Positions 22,233 through 36,100 are shown, counted from the stretch's first letter. The stretch is DNA of 64,000 nt from Paraglomus brasilianum (GCA_910592345.1 CAJVPI010000012.1:1-64000), one strand, 5' to 3'. Notes: generated from the sequence alone by a model not told the origin. A program made the numbers and translations.

Positions 22233-23537
22233 ATACGGGTAATCCTATATATTAGTTTTATCAAGTTTATATTTTATACTCTTTTATTAAAGCCCTATAT
22301 ATATTGTATATATTTTTCTTATCACTTTGTATTAATTCAGTATTTTTGAGCCTCCAAGAAATGTATGGTCTGAAATTTTATTATTGTTTTTATGCTAATT
22401 ACGTCAGAGAATTGACTTGTCATTAAACAATTTTAGCACCATATATTTACTTTGGTATAAAGTCATTAATGTAACAAAAGACAATCTCTCTCATCTGCAT
22501 TGCACGATATCTTACCATGTCGCTTATCTCGACGAAAGCATCGTTATGGTAACGGTGAAGAAAGTAGAAAGGTTTTATGTATTCCGCCCTCTCTAAGACA
22601 ATTGGATATGTTATGTCACGTGATACAAGAATCGGCGGCGGGCTGCGACGTAGGAGTAAGTCCACTTATTTTAATTGATTGGCACATGGTTAATGGTTAC
22701 TATTACTATTAAGCATGCTTTTTATTGGCTAGAAGGGCAGCGATGTTAGCACTTGTATCACATGAGTGCTAGGGAGAGTTCTCGCGTAGTACTAGCCTCG
22801 CGCCTTTCGTTGACAGGTATCGTTTACGCGAAAGAACGGTCGCTTCCTGAATTTACCTGCTTCTACTCCTGTCTTTGTCCTTTCAACTCTGTTGCCTGTG
22901 TTTTCTCGCAATTTTTGTGTCCACGGTATCAACGCGCCTATTGCATTTTTCGTGCCTCTGCCTGTTCTGTTCGGTACGTCTCACACCCTGTTACTAATTT
23001 CGACGTTCTCTACGATCATGATCTCCTCCCACACTCGAACTGTTATCAATTAGCATTTTTCATACGCTCATATTTTTTCCAGTATCTTCACAGTTACTTT
23101 AGAAGGCATCATACATTATCCAATACCTGAAATGCAGCTTTCTCCTGAATGTCGCAACTCCATAAACTTTTCAGGTGACTGTTGTTTTTCTTCCGATCAG
23201 TTTATAGGCTGTTGGTTTTAACTTCTAAATTCAAAATATAGATTTTTGGGAAAGTATCGATGAGCCGTCTCTACAAAAATTTTTGGTTTTTCGCCTTTCT
23301 GCTGGTGATTTGAATGATGAGTCTGAAGAACATCACCGATACATTACTGAACTGAAAACCATCAAGAAATATTATGCTGAAGCCTCTGAAATGGGTAGAA
23401 ATATTTCTAAATGGATAAATCGGTTTAAGGTAAATGTTTATTTAAGTGCTTTGGGCCGTCGTTACAACCTGAGTACACTGACTACCCTGCAGAGTGCGTC
23501 TTTGTAGTGGGAATCGGTGCGTCCTCTCTGGGAATCG

Positions 23538-23820
23538 GACGTCTCATTACGTCTTTGAAAAAGTGCAAATAGTGCAATTGCAATTTGATATGAAGGTAAA
23601 TGGATGCATTCTTGAATACGTTCAAGATCACGGTCCACTCGTTCGAGTAAGAAACCAGTTCAGACTGAGAATCAATCGCTCTGGACTGAGGGCTATTTTC
23701 TATATACGAATGGTAAGTATATCTTCGCTTCGCATGCATTTTTGCATGTTCGAAATGGCAATAACTAAGTTAAAATGTTATTAATACCTACTTGGCAAAA
23801 TTTCAAGGGCTAGAATTTAA
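23538..23820 (-). repeat. inverted copy of the IKS1 upstream region, exon 1 and intron 1 (source 56431-56752)
   Basis: Long near-identical blocks. The ATG context is deleted and the donor GTACGT is changed to GAACGT. Confidence 0.92.
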
Positions 23821-23827
23821 CGCATAC

Positions 23828-24321
23828 TACACAGTCAGCCTCGATAAGCCGGCCAACAGGAGCTGGTTCTGGATGGCCGGCTTATCGAGGCGACCGGTTT
23901 ATTGAGACCCACGGGATACAAGATATTTAATTACACAATTTAAATTAAATTATTATTGTACATGATACTGCTCTAATCGTATGATCTAATGATATAATGC
24001 TGCTCTAATCATATAATTATAATGTAGTGACATGTATCTTGGATTAATCGTATGACTGTAGCGCTTTGATTGTTGATTGCAATACATTTTAGTGATTTGA
24101 TTTATATATCGGTTCGGATTATACGATTTAATAACGATATATATATAACATGTTTATTTTAAACGAATGATAATTGCCGTACAAGTTGTGATCAACCAGT
24201 TAAATTTGACAAACACTGTCACATATTAAAAAATCACGTGGACCGGCTTATCGAGGTACATTCAACTAAGACCCGGCTGGAGCTGTTGGCCGGCTTACAG
24301 CTTATCGAGGCTGACTGTGTA
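23828..24321. mobile_element. MITE, pogo/Tigger-type
   Basis: Perfect inverted ends tacacagtcagcctcgataagc / gcttatcgaggctgactgtgta, with internal ccggcttatcgagg subrepeats. Confidence 0.88.
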
Positions 24322-25849
24322 TTACTATTACGGCGTATTGATTAACATTAACAACTCATTGCCTCTACTCTCTTTGAAATCTTAGTTCCACGAAATCAGA
24401 AACCATTATCTTCCAGTGACTCTTAACTAGAATTAAAATAAGCAGCCTAAGAGCTCAATAGACGCATAAGTAAAGACAGGCACATTGTTTTGGTGTTATT
24501 TCCAGATATATTTTATTTTAGCACGAAAGACAAATATTTATGATGATATCACAAGATATATCCCTTGTGCCATTTAAATGAGCCAAAAGCAAAAGACATT
24601 GTTAAAGAATTTGTGGTTGAAAGATTTTCATTCAAGATATGATAAGGTAAGTATTACCATATTTTTTTCTTTACTCAAATCGCATTTATTTTATTTCAAT
24701 AAACACACATATTAATATGCGTGAAGCTTACAACGAAAATAGCAACAATCGCCATAATTGTCGATTAAAAAGCATTGATCGATTAAGCATTATAGAGCAA
24801 GATTTGTAATTGACCCACACCAACGAAAATCATATAGTCTAGTGACCTATAATAAAGGCCACATATAATCTCATATATCTTCTGCTTAATTTGTTTTCAT
24901 CGTGATTGATTGATTGATGATCAAGCAATTATGGCTGAGACGTTCAGAATATTCGATCTTCCTACACTTGAAATATGTTTCATCTCACGACACAGACCTG
25001 GCTATCTGGAGAAGAGTTGTTAAACGTAAAACCCAAATTGTAAAAACGATTGTGGCATGGTAAGTCGTAGGGTAAGTAAGCTGTTATAATATGGTATTGT
25101 TCAAGACTATGCAATACTAACGGAAATGTCAAAATATCAACATGGTTAGAGTATTGTTACGAGTATTAGTATGTAACCCTTTGCTTATAACTGCGCGCTA
25201 ATGTTTATTATTTAATGGTTATTTTTACCTTTCTAAACAAGTGTTTAATTATCGATACAACAGTATAACAGGCTGTATAATATTGTAAATGTCAACAAAC
25301 GAACAATTAATACGAACAATTATCGGAAGCCGACAATAGCAATTGTAATAAGTATCAGATAATAGTATTGTTTATTACAGTCTTAATTGTATGACTACTG
25401 TACTGAATATGTGCGGTTAACGTTTGTCATAATAATATATCAGCGTAAGTATGGTTCATTCGTTGACTTAGTATAAAGCGTATTCAGAAAAAAGTTGGAT
25501 ACTATGGAAAGTAAGCATTTCCAACTGGTGTAAAAATGATTGATTATGAGCAATATCTTTATCCTATTGTATGTTGTCCTTGCTATCACGCGTACGTGAC
25601 ATCATTATTAAATTACGACAATTAAGTCTTTCGCCAAACACAGTTTGTAGCAGTCGCTGTTATTATTATGTTTGAATACGTAAGGCAAAAAGTATTCTCT
25701 ACGTTACGATGGTTATGTAACATGTTTTGAGATTTACGCACCTTGCAATTGCATTATTAGCGTACTCATCGATGTCAAGCTCCAAAATAAGATTTTCTTT
25801 TATATTTGCTTGCAAACACGGAATGTATCAATGCAGTACCGGCGAAACG

Positions 25850-26030
25850 CTGTCACCTCACGCAATTACTCTCGATAGTATACTCCAGTTCTGCAAAAGT
25901 TTGGCTTCTCTGATACGACTTTGTTCTGATTCTGCCACAAGTCAGATATTTTCTTATCTTGACAAATCATTCGTATTCCATATCAATAGTAGTTTTATCT
26001 AAGCATGTTTTCTTCAAAATAAATTTCGCC
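25850..26030 (-). mobile_element. possible pogo/Tigger transposase N-terminal remnant
   Basis: Fragments LDKTTI..KYL..SRIREAK/FAELEY resemble the psq/CENP-B HTH region; heavily decayed. Confidence 0.3.
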
Positions 26031-27313
26031 AGAAAAAATCCCGATCATATGGCATCGTCAATACATTAGCGTAATGGCGCTTAAGTGTTTAAACGAATAA
26101 TTAATTGATTGGATATGAGCCATGCGATGAAATTTTGAGTAAAGCTATTTTTTACACAAAGTGTCAATGCGTTGTTGTGTCGCGTCATGTGTCGATTTTG
26201 CAGCGGAGTTTCTTTTTCGCATACTCCTGATTCGCGTCATATGACTGATGCGGATGAAACCAATTCCATTTGCAATTATTGTAACACGCATTGGATGTCT
26301 CGCTCGTTCACTCGTAGCATTCAAACTGTTTATCGAGTTCTCATGGTAATCATGGTAACGTGCTGTTCCGATTACTCATAGACAGAATCCTTTTCGTATT
26401 CATATTAACATAGTGATAGTTTTCCGCAGTGACCCAGGATCACGTCGCTAAGAAATTGTGGGTTCACAATCCATATTAATTTGTAATTTGCATGTGATCG
26501 GTGGAGATTCTATTTCAGAACCACAGAATGTGGCACGGCGAATTAACTTCTACAACTTATTTTGTGTAATGCTAAACAGAAGATAATAATAATGTGCAAA
26601 AATGTATATTGTCATACCCATCAAAAAAAAGCTGAGTCAGCTGTTTGGTGGATAAAATTGTTATTCTAAGCTTGGAAATAAAGCATTCCGTACAATTGAG
26701 TTTAGAAGATTTAATAAACAAGCCATCAAGGCGGATCCAAGCAATGGAACCGCTATTTATATTGACTCTCCCATTATGGGAGTGATCTTCGTTATATAAA
26801 AGAGGGAGAGAAAGAGCTTTATTGTTTAGTTCCTTGAATATATCCATAATATTTAGCACTGTCTCCTATAATCGAGTATTTATCCGCCGCTTCACCGCGT
26901 TATTCCGCTTTTCCCGTAATAATTTCATTATCACGGTTATTTAGGTTTATTTTTAAGTAAGTATTAGTATAGATTTTTTGATTTATTATTATGACCAATA
27001 ATAAACATGTATTTCTGGACGGTATTATTCCAGCCGGATTATTCAAGAGTTTGCAGATCACGGCGGATAAATTGACATTCACCTACATAGAATTTACGCT
27101 AACTGGTTCTGTGGTGTGTTTCGCTGCATATTTATTATTTACACAGATTTACCACGACTGATAATCAATCATGATCACCCGTGACACATGTGACAATTCA
27201 CTTCGTTAAAATAAATAACCTGTTAGATCATCGACACAAACAAAAACTCATCGGAGAAATATTTAAATATTTAAATATCTATCACTACACTCTCCAACCC
27301 ATCCGAAGCAATA

Positions 27314-29613
27314 ATGACAAAGTTGTACACAAACGAAGAAGTTGCTCAACACAACACTGAATCCTCGATGTGGATTATTGTCCACGACAAGGTTTATGAT
27401 GTCACTAATTTCCTCAATGAACACCCTGGTGGCAAGAAAGTCTTGATCAAAGTAGCCGGTACCGATGCGTCGAAACAATTCGACAATTTCCACAACAAAA
27501 GCGTTCTGGAAAAGTACAGTCCCCAACTATATATCGGGGACATCGGCAGCTCTGCTCAAGAAGACGACGCAGTACATGGTTCGGATGAGGGTCCATTCGG
27601 TGATATGGTTCCATTTGGTGATCCTTATTGGTATCAGGACTTCTATAGCCCATACTACAATGATTCGCATCGAAGATTGAGAGCTATAGTAAGGAAGTTT
27701 ACTGATACTGAGATTATGCCTTACTGCTTTGAATGGGATGAGGCAAAGAAAGTTCCAAAGGAATTGTTTGCAAAATTCGCCCAAGTTGGTTTATTACCTA
27801 GTGTCTGCGGTGCACCATGGCCAAAAGAGTATGTATGAGTGAAGATCGTATTCAATTAATCATTCCCTGGTCCATAAATCGAGAGAGTCATTCTAGAGAG
27901 AGAAAAAAGAAACAACGAAGCCATCAATCCCGCATACTTTTGAAATAATCTAAGATAGGGTGGCGTGTCTAATACACTGGCGCATTAGTAGTTTATCGAC
28001 TCAAATTTTCCCAAAACTTTCGAATTTCATTGCCCATGAATATTTCGACATTGCCTCCTCTATACACAATAACATTCTATTGTCCATTATCATTTTTTCC
28101 CCCATATAGCTACACGGATATAGCTCCTGCCGCAGGTATCGCGCCTGAAGATTTTGATGGATTCCATGAATTGATTGTTTGCGATGAAGTCGGTCGATGC
28201 GGATCTGGTGGCTTACTGTGGGGTCTCATGGGTGGTAAGTGATAACAAAACGTTCAAATAGCGATGAGATTTATTATTCCATTACGAGTGATTTTCAATG
28301 ACTGCTCCTAAACTATTCCAATATGCATTTTCTTATAAGGCCTTGGCATTGGTCTTCCACCGGTTCTGAAGTTTGCTCCCGAGGAACTGAAACAGCGCAT
28401 TGCTCCAGACTGTTTAGCCGGACGCAAGTTCATCTGTCTTGCGATTACTGAACCCTACGCTGGTTCGGATGTCGCGAGCATCAAAACCGAGGCCAAACTT
28501 ACCGATGACGGAAAACACTATATTGTCAACGGTGAGAAGAAATGGATCACCAACGGTGTCTTTGCTGACTACTTTACCACTGCAGTAAGGACAGGCGGTC
28601 CAGGCATGGGAGGTGTCAGTTTGTTGCTAATTGAGAGGACTATGCCCGGTGTCAAGACTAGGCAGATGCAGTGCACCGGTGTATGGAGTTCTGGAACAGC
28701 ATACATTACGTTTGAAGATGTTAAGGTGCCAAAGGAAAATTTGGTCGGAAAAGAAAATGGCGGATTTAAGGTAAAGAATAGTTGAGGGATTGCCTGCTAG
28801 TTTCCGAGAAGATTTATAATAGATTTATTATTTCCGTTCAAAATCAGCTTTTTTGATTTTTGTTAACCCATTACCATCATCTCTTCCATTTCGTTTCGAT
28901 CACACCAGTGTATAATGCATAACTTTAACCATGAGCGTATGGGTCTTGCAATGCAAGCAAGCAGATTTGCTCGTGTATGTTATGAGGAATCACTAAAATA
29001 CGCCAGCAAACGGCGCACGTTTGGCAAAAAGCTCATCGAACACCCAGTGATCCGCAACAAACTTGCACACATGGTTAGGCAGATCGAAGCTACACATGCG
29101 TTAATGGAGTCTTTGATTTATCAGACGAATAGGCTGCATGGAACGGAGGCTGCAAACAGATTGGGTGGCCCGATCGCTTTGTTAAAGGCGCAAGCAACGC
29201 AGACATTCGAGTATTGCGCACGAGAAGCAGCCCAAATTTTTGGTGGATTGTCGTATTCGCGTGGAGGGTATGTTTATGAAGGAAGAGAGATAGAGGTTTC
29301 GTTAGCAATAAGAGAGATGGCAAATGCATACACGTAGCACTCTCAAAGATTGTTTTCATGGTGTTTGATGGTGTTTGATGCTATTTGATGGTGTTTGATG
29401 GTGTTTGATGGTGTTTAGATCAACTCTATTAATTCACTTTTTGAAAAAAAATTTTCAATTTTTTTTTTCATTTACAGACAAGGCGAAAAAGTCGAAAGAC
29501 TCTACAGAGAAGTCCGTGCATATGCAATTCCTGGTGGTTCTGAAGAAATCATGCTTGATCTTGGTATCAGACAGTCAGTCAAGGTTGCTCAGCTTTATGG
29601 AGCTAAGCTATGA
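27314..29613 (+). CDS. cytochrome b5-acyl-CoA dehydrogenase fusion, 5 exons
   Basis: b5 motif VYDVTNFLNEHPGG. ACAD motifs CLAITEPYAGSDVA, VNGEKKWITNG, NFNHER, REAAQIFGG and YAIPGGSEEIMLDL. Stop at 29611-29613. Confidence 0.95.
29358..29416. repeat. 10-bp minisatellite (atggtgtttg) x ~6 in the last ACAD intron
   Basis: Directly visible tandem array with one variant unit. Confidence 0.9.
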
Positions 29614-30008
29614 ACAGAATGTAACCTTGTAAGAGGAACTCATATATGCAACTATCGAAATTTTTATTCTACAGTGATTTCTGCCTGAATCGAATAAGTG
29701 ATGTATGTCTCTCTTCTAAGATTATGCGTAAATCTTTTCTGGTTACGAATTTATTGTCCCAAAGAGCTTAGTAATAGATCATGTGTCCTTAAAGGGGTTT
29801 ACAATTTTGGTATAGTAAATAAACCGTTAAAGTCTTCCTTTTTTTTACTACTTGCTGGTAACTAAACTGCAAACGAATGGGGAAAGAAGATTCTCTCTCG
29901 ACCGTAAATAAAGGCGATGGAATGCATTCGTAAAATTCTTATAAACAAATCGATCCGATATCTCAATTAATGTCCAAGTCTTTCTCCATCCTTATTAACC
30001 ATCCAAGG

Positions 30009-30455
30009 TCACGGCACAACCTTAATCCCCATGCCATTGGCAGTACTAATCACTGCCCGACACATACCCCTCAAGCTAATTCTCTCCAGCCCAACCTGTT
30101 CCTTCTTTATCTTTGCGATTTCATAAATATGCTTCAAGCTAACTTTCCCTACAATTTCGCTCCCGGGTTTTGCTGCTCCTTTTTCTATCCCAGCAGCTTG
30201 TTTCAATAACCATGTTGTCGGAGGGAGTTTTGTTATGAACGAGACGGTTCGATCGGGTTTTACCGTTATTGATGTGGGAATGGGTGTGTCGGGAATGAAG
30301 TGTTTTGTGCGTTCGTTGAATGCCCTACAAAAGTCGATGGCCTTTACACCGCGTTGACCGAGAGCTGGACCCAGCGGCGGGGTTGGAGCGGCTTTGGCTG
30401 CTGATAGGAGGATGCGGATTTGTGATTGGGATGCTTGTCTAGTCGATTTAGACAT
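30009..30455 (-). CDS. MRPL19: mitochondrial ribosomal protein uL11m
   Basis: AAPTPPLGPALGQRGVKAIDFCRAFNERT, PDRT.SF..K.PP, GKVSLKHIYEIAKIK, TA.GMGIKVVP. Confidence 0.93.
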   Translation of the reverse strand: MSKSTRQASQSQIRILLSAAKAAPTPPLGPALGQRGVKAIDFCRAFNERTKHFIPDTPIPTSITVKPDRTVSFITKLPPTTWLLKQAAGIEKGAAKPGSEIVGKVSLKHIYEIAKIKKEQVGLERISLRGMCRAVISTANGMGIKVVP

Positions 30456-31022
30456 GGGGGAAAGATAGTAATAGTTGATCTTTTTTGATTAAATTCGTCG
30501 ATCTCGTAAATTACCCAGATTTATTACGTAAAACAATGCGATAACAGACTATGTGAATAAAGTGTTGATTAGATGTTGATTATTGGCGGGATATCTAGAC
30601 AAAGTGTATTGGGTCGAAACATTTTATAATATTGTCTTCATATATGGTTTATACACAAACTTTCTCGATGTCAGCAATTTATCCTAATGCTGACATCAAT
30701 GCAGACGATACTCCAATCCATAAATCACGTCAGTAAGGAAATATAACAAGTATTCCGTAAAGTTAACCTTTACAGGTGCATTCATCTTTAATGCTCAGTG
30801 AGTTGACAAAGAATAAACTTCTTGACTAAGATGCAGTAAGACCTGTTGTCAGTTTTATAGGTAGATAACATCTAAAGAAATTCCCCTTGTTGATTACTTA
30901 GGCACATTTACCTGCTTTCATGGATAGTTTATGGCTTAAATTGATGTGTTGGTTTGTGACGTTAACAATGTTGTATACAAGAAATCAAACTATTATCACA
31001 GTCCTGTACCGCATACTTTGAC

Positions 31023-31188
31023 GCGTTAGTAGCTTATCGACTCAAATTTCCCCGAATATGTCAAACGTTCATGAATTTTGAATATTTCGAATGCCTCCCT
31101 ATAATACTTTATAACGTATCGAATTTGATGGAATCCATGAATTGATTGTTTGCGTTGAAGTTGGTCGATGCGTATATAGTGGCTTACT
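31023..31188 (+). repeat. decayed direct copy of ACAD intron 1 and exon 2 (source about 27980-28218)
   Basis: ttagtag.ttatcgactcaaattt and tttgatgga.tccatgaattgattgtttgcg.tgaagt.ggtcgatgcg shared with the ACAD gene. Confidence 0.85.
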
Positions 31189-31994
31189 TTCCTCCCAATC
31201 AACGAGTTAATTAATAACGTAATCTAGAAATAATTATGCTATAAACGGCGACCGTTATCCTACTGTTGACTTGCGCTTGGATTCGGTAGCATGGTTTTAA
31301 GGTGAATGAGATGCGTGAAAAGACTACTGAAACTACCAAATAATTATATACATATTAAATAAAACAACGTTTATAAATACAGTCTCGCTTTAACATAAGC
31401 TTTTTGCAAAGTCTCTACATTTTTAAACACATCCTTCACTAATCGTAAAATCATGTGAAAGTTTTGTCTCAGCCAATAGTCGAGCTAAGGCTCTAACACG
31501 CTGACAAAAGAGGGACACGCCAACTTGAAATAAATGATACTATACATAGTAGACAGAATAATTTCAAATTCCAATTTGGGCTAGAACATATATATATTTC
31601 TTACTACTTTTCGTTGGCGGTAGGTGGCAGTTTTGGTGGTAATAATATATAATGACGCAGAGCGTGGAAGGAGGTTGCCCAACAGGACAGGCTCATTAAC
31701 CACACTTGATCGACTAGATGCAAATAAAGTCTTGCTTAAGCAAGCTGCAAAAGTTTACAAATGGTATACTGAAAATACCGACCGGAACATTCCCCAAAGA
31801 AAATTGATCGATTGAAAAGCGCGGGAAACTTTTTCTTTTCTCCTACGGAAATGACTTGTTTTATATATAGTAATCGTTGTATTCTGTGCATTGACAGTTT
31901 CTGCACACCGGTTATCATTGGTCATTCTTGCAATGTAAATTGTAGATCAATCAGATGTTCTAAATTTTTTCATTCTTCGACTTGTTCTCGCAAG

Positions 31995-32624
31995 ATGGAT
32001 TATTCTATGCTGAACGAAGCTGAACGAGCACATATTCAACGTCTTATTGAGCAGAAACAAGTATGTATTATTAAAATAGAAGGTGATCTATGAAAACGGG
32101 CATTCATGACATATATTCCATTTTGTAAGTTTTTCCGTTTTCCTAAATCCACCGCTCCCTTCCACTCGCCTCCCAAATTAGAATAAAAGGATAGCCAGTT
32201 TTTGAACCTGGCCTTGCATTAATAATAGTAATCACGATCGAGTTTATTGATCAGGTGCAAATTCATCATATTCTCTAGATGCGCGATGTTATGAGATTCT
32301 ACACTGGACTAGTGGAACGATGTTTCAACGACTGTGTGAACGATTTTACATCTAAAGTATTGAGCTCGAAAGAGGTGCGCAAAATGTCAATGATGCAAAA
32401 GGAGATTATGCTTGATACGGTTACGCTAATTATAGTAATTTGTCGAGTGATAACATATCGATCGCGTTCGTTCATCTTTATCCAACTGCCTATAGGAGAC
32501 TTGTGTTCTTCGCTGCACCGAAAAGTTCATCAAATATAACGAGCGAGTTGGACAACGGTGGGCCGAAATGAACCAACAGTTGGCGCAAGCTCAGAACCTG
32601 CAGGGAACACCGTTTCCTAAATGA
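31995..32624 (+). CDS. TIM9: mitochondrial intermembrane-space chaperone Tim9, 3 exons
   Basis: [51 protein letters not shown]; twin CX3C motif. Confidence 0.93.
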
Positions 32625-33187
32625 GAGAGAGATATAAGAATTGTATTTTATATACGAGTAAATAGAAATAATCTTGTGAATGTAATCTACTAATCTTGTG
32701 AATTTTAGACAGATGACGACACAATAATAAATAGCTCTAAACTACCCCCCCCTCCAATGCCAGATATTATTCATCAAATAAAAAACGCTTTCATTTTGCT
32801 CTTCAAAACCACGGGAACAAAGATCGCTGAGGCTTTTATTAAAGTATCGAAAATAAACAATATGATGTTTTCACCACGCAAAATTTCAGAAAATAATTAG
32901 TTATCCGAGTAAAGGTAAAAAAAAAGGTAGAAATGAATTTTTACACAAAATAATATAAAGAGTCTATGAAGAGAAGAAGCCATGTACCAAAACGTAACAA
33001 GATATATAAAAAAAAATATACATTAGATCAACATTGGCGTACGCCAAGCTGAACACTAAGAATTGATGTGACAAAAATGTTCGTATGCTTGTTCAAGAAA
33101 ACAATGTGTTTTAAAAAAAACGTTAACTAATAAAGAAAACAAGTTTAATTAACAACCGCCATTTCTTTATATCCCGTTGCTCACCAT

Positions 33188-36100
33188 TCACCGTTTACTC
33201 TCACTCACGACTGACATCCTCTTTGTATTGATTAATTTCTTTCCCATCAATCCATTCCCAGAATCAGTTAATATTACACTCTTTGGCCTAGTCCTACTTC
33301 CATTCACGTTGGCTGTCTGCCTCCTCTGTGGCTTGTTAGCATCCTTTCCCGGCGTGTGAGGTCTCACTGGTATAGATGACGCTCTTATTGGCTTCAGCGC
33401 ACTATTACCTGATCCGACTTTCTTAAGGGCCGAAGCTATACTTCTAGGATCCGGCGTTACTGAAGTTGGTGTAGAGACGCTCGATATACTCGATGTCGAG
33501 GAATTCGACGAAACACTACTACTGCGTTTAGGCCGCCTGATCGCCGAGTTAGGATCTAAATACATCGACGAGCGTCGACTTTGCGATGGTGTATTATTTC
33601 CTGTCTCGTTGCCGTTGGGAATGGCCACGCTAGGTCTCCTACTTTGACGACCGCTCGGCGACGTTCCTCGTTGAGGTCTAGTACCATTCGTGTCTGCCTT
33701 AGCATCGATGTACATACTGCCACGACGGCTGGCACGAGTTGGAGAGGATGGACGTGATGTTGCTGGAGATACTGGGGCAGACGGACGAGTAATGTTTCTT
33801 GACCGGGCTTGCGCAGGTGTTTTATTTCCATGTTCGAAACCAAAGAACATCTTATTCACAACACGCTCGCTGATTTCTTCCTCCTATTTTTTTTTAATCG
33901 AGTAGATGAGATTGAACAACAAGTAAGGTGAAATTGCGACAACCATGAAGTAAAGATAGTTATGACTTACAAGACCCTCTAGGTATCGTTTGCCTTCGTG
34001 CATAAATGGCTTTCTCTCATCTATTGTTAGAAAAGAAAAGTCGTACCGTTAGAAATACCAAACAATAGATTTTGCCATGTTACAATTATTTTTCTAACTC
34101 ACTTGTCTCATACTCCAAACAAGCATCGACGAGTCTTTTCTCAAGTCTAACCAAGTTGGGCCAACAGGTCTTTCTCCACTTCTCTTCTTCGAGCAATCTG
34201 AACGAAGATTGGAACAACCTCTTTGGATCCGACGCATGTTTTTCGAAATCTATCATTTTCTAATAAAACCAAATCCCATTCTTAGAGAAATTCTTTCGAA
34301 TAAAATTGGAAAAGTAAAGCGATAATCTTACTTCGATCAGCGATTTCCTTTCGAGCATAAGGCGATATATTTCGGCACATTTTGCATAGAGTTCTTGCAA
34401 TCTGGCAACTTCCGACGCAAGGACATGGTAAACTTCCTCACTCGATGAGACTGAATCATAGAAACGTTAGAATTAAGATGGTGGAGCGTGTGATCAAAAG
34501 GGGAAATCGAGATGTAAAAGAGAGAACTTTTATAATGTATAAATCTATTTCCAGACCAAATTACTTACTCTCGTGCAAGTTAACAATAAACTCGGCTCGC
34601 TCGCTCTGCGGAACAAGACATTTATCCCAGAGATCTTCCAACTGTGCTGTGTACTATTCGTTGATAAGAGAACAAGCGCGTTAGTGTCGACATTGTACTA
34701 GGGCTGTAAGACAGGTGTTCAATAAAGTGACTTACTTCTTCGATCGCCTTTTGAACGATCTCTCGCATAATTGCACGAAGTCGTTCGTGCTCTGCAGACA
34801 GCTGATAGTATAAACAAAGTTTAGCCAATTAAAACCAATTTCTACAATACATTCCCATTCGCGCTGTTTTTATAAACTCTTCTTTCCATTATTCTCATAC
34901 ACGAACCTCGTTCAAATACTCTTCCTCGACTGAATTCCTAACAATCACTCTTCGATCGTCCTCGGGTATACTCAATTCCTCCCACAAACCAGTGATAGTT
35001 TTAACCATCGCATCCCTTCTATCTCTTCTCTCGACATAATCTCGCTCGAAGAAGGTAACTTTGTTCTGTAATGCCTCCAATTGTTCGTCAGAGAGAAACA
35101 GGCCTGACGGAAGTGATGTGGAGTAATAAGTGTATGTCAGCATAGGCGGTGGTGTGTAGGGAGTGCTGAAATACGTGTAGCGTTCGGAAGGAGTGGAGGA
35201 AGAGGATGAAGATGACGTTGTAGAGATAGTGGATGTAGATAGTGAAGACGTAGATAGTGAAGACGCAGATAGTGAAGACGTAAAGGCCGATATTTGCGAC
35301 GTAATTGCTGCTTTGGATGTTACTGGCAGTGTATACGAGTTGGCGGTATTGGCATTGATGTGATTAGGAGTGACGGAAATATCTCCGTTTTGAATATCAT
35401 TCTTTACTAGCACTTGATCATCTTTCTCATTCGTTGTCCCGCTTGCTTGTTCGTCGGCATTACTGTTATTATTCAGAGCATCCATTAAGGAAGGCTTGTC
35501 CGCGAATAACTTTGCGAGAGCGTGATCTATGTCGTCGACAGGAGCGTACGAAAATGCTGTCCAATAAAAGTGAAGCTTTATAGCAGAATCTTCAAACGCA
35601 TCACGGCGAGTTGACTTGTGATTAGAGAGAGAGAGGATATACAGTGAGCGACTTGGTCAGCATTTACCGCAATCAATCTATGAATACTTACTATCAAGCG
35701 ATTTAATGCATCGTACTTGAACCAGATCTAACATGGTTGAAACATTGGAAACGATATTCAGTTAAATATTGTCAAATTTAAATCCTATATCGCATATATA
35801 GTAGACTCACCGGTTGGACTGCTGCAGTGCTTAGATCGTTTTCAAAGTTCTGTAATAGAGGTCGATTGTCAATGTTAATGAAAAAGTTGATTCTTGCAGT
35901 AGATTCTTGCAGTAGCTGTAAATTTCAATCTGATCAGGTGTGGCGTTCTCCGACGTCAGGTGATCTCTATCTCGTGCTTACTATTGCCCAACGTATACCC
36001 AAATGCCCTATTTCATTCTCTCATCTTGCATACCTCAATCGATAAATCCAATTCTGTAGTTCCTAGTTCCTTGACGATTTGCTTGATTCCCTCGATCCAC

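Larger units (their letters stand above)
19225..22400. other. AT-rich, intron-less island read in genetic code 4 (TGA=Trp); putative Mycoplasma-related endobacterial DNA
   Basis: In-frame TGA at 20280, 20205, 20190, 19911, 21130, 21344 and 21973, several at predicted Trp sites. Closely packed intron-less ORFs, A/T-ending codons and a stem-loop after a stop. Boundaries approximate. Confidence 0.75.

Noticed and set aside
19226..22456. terminal inverted repeats bounding the code-4 island
   Set aside because: Only weak caaag...taaaat.gtt similarity between the ends and no target-site duplication.
22753..23430. ORFs at 22753 and 23283 as genes
   Set aside because: Low-complexity or short fragments with no recognisable domain; at most a decayed gene remnant.
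26657..26760. TPR-like peptide CYSKLGNK...QAIKADPSNGTAIY
   Set aside because: One short stop-flanked fragment with no gene context.
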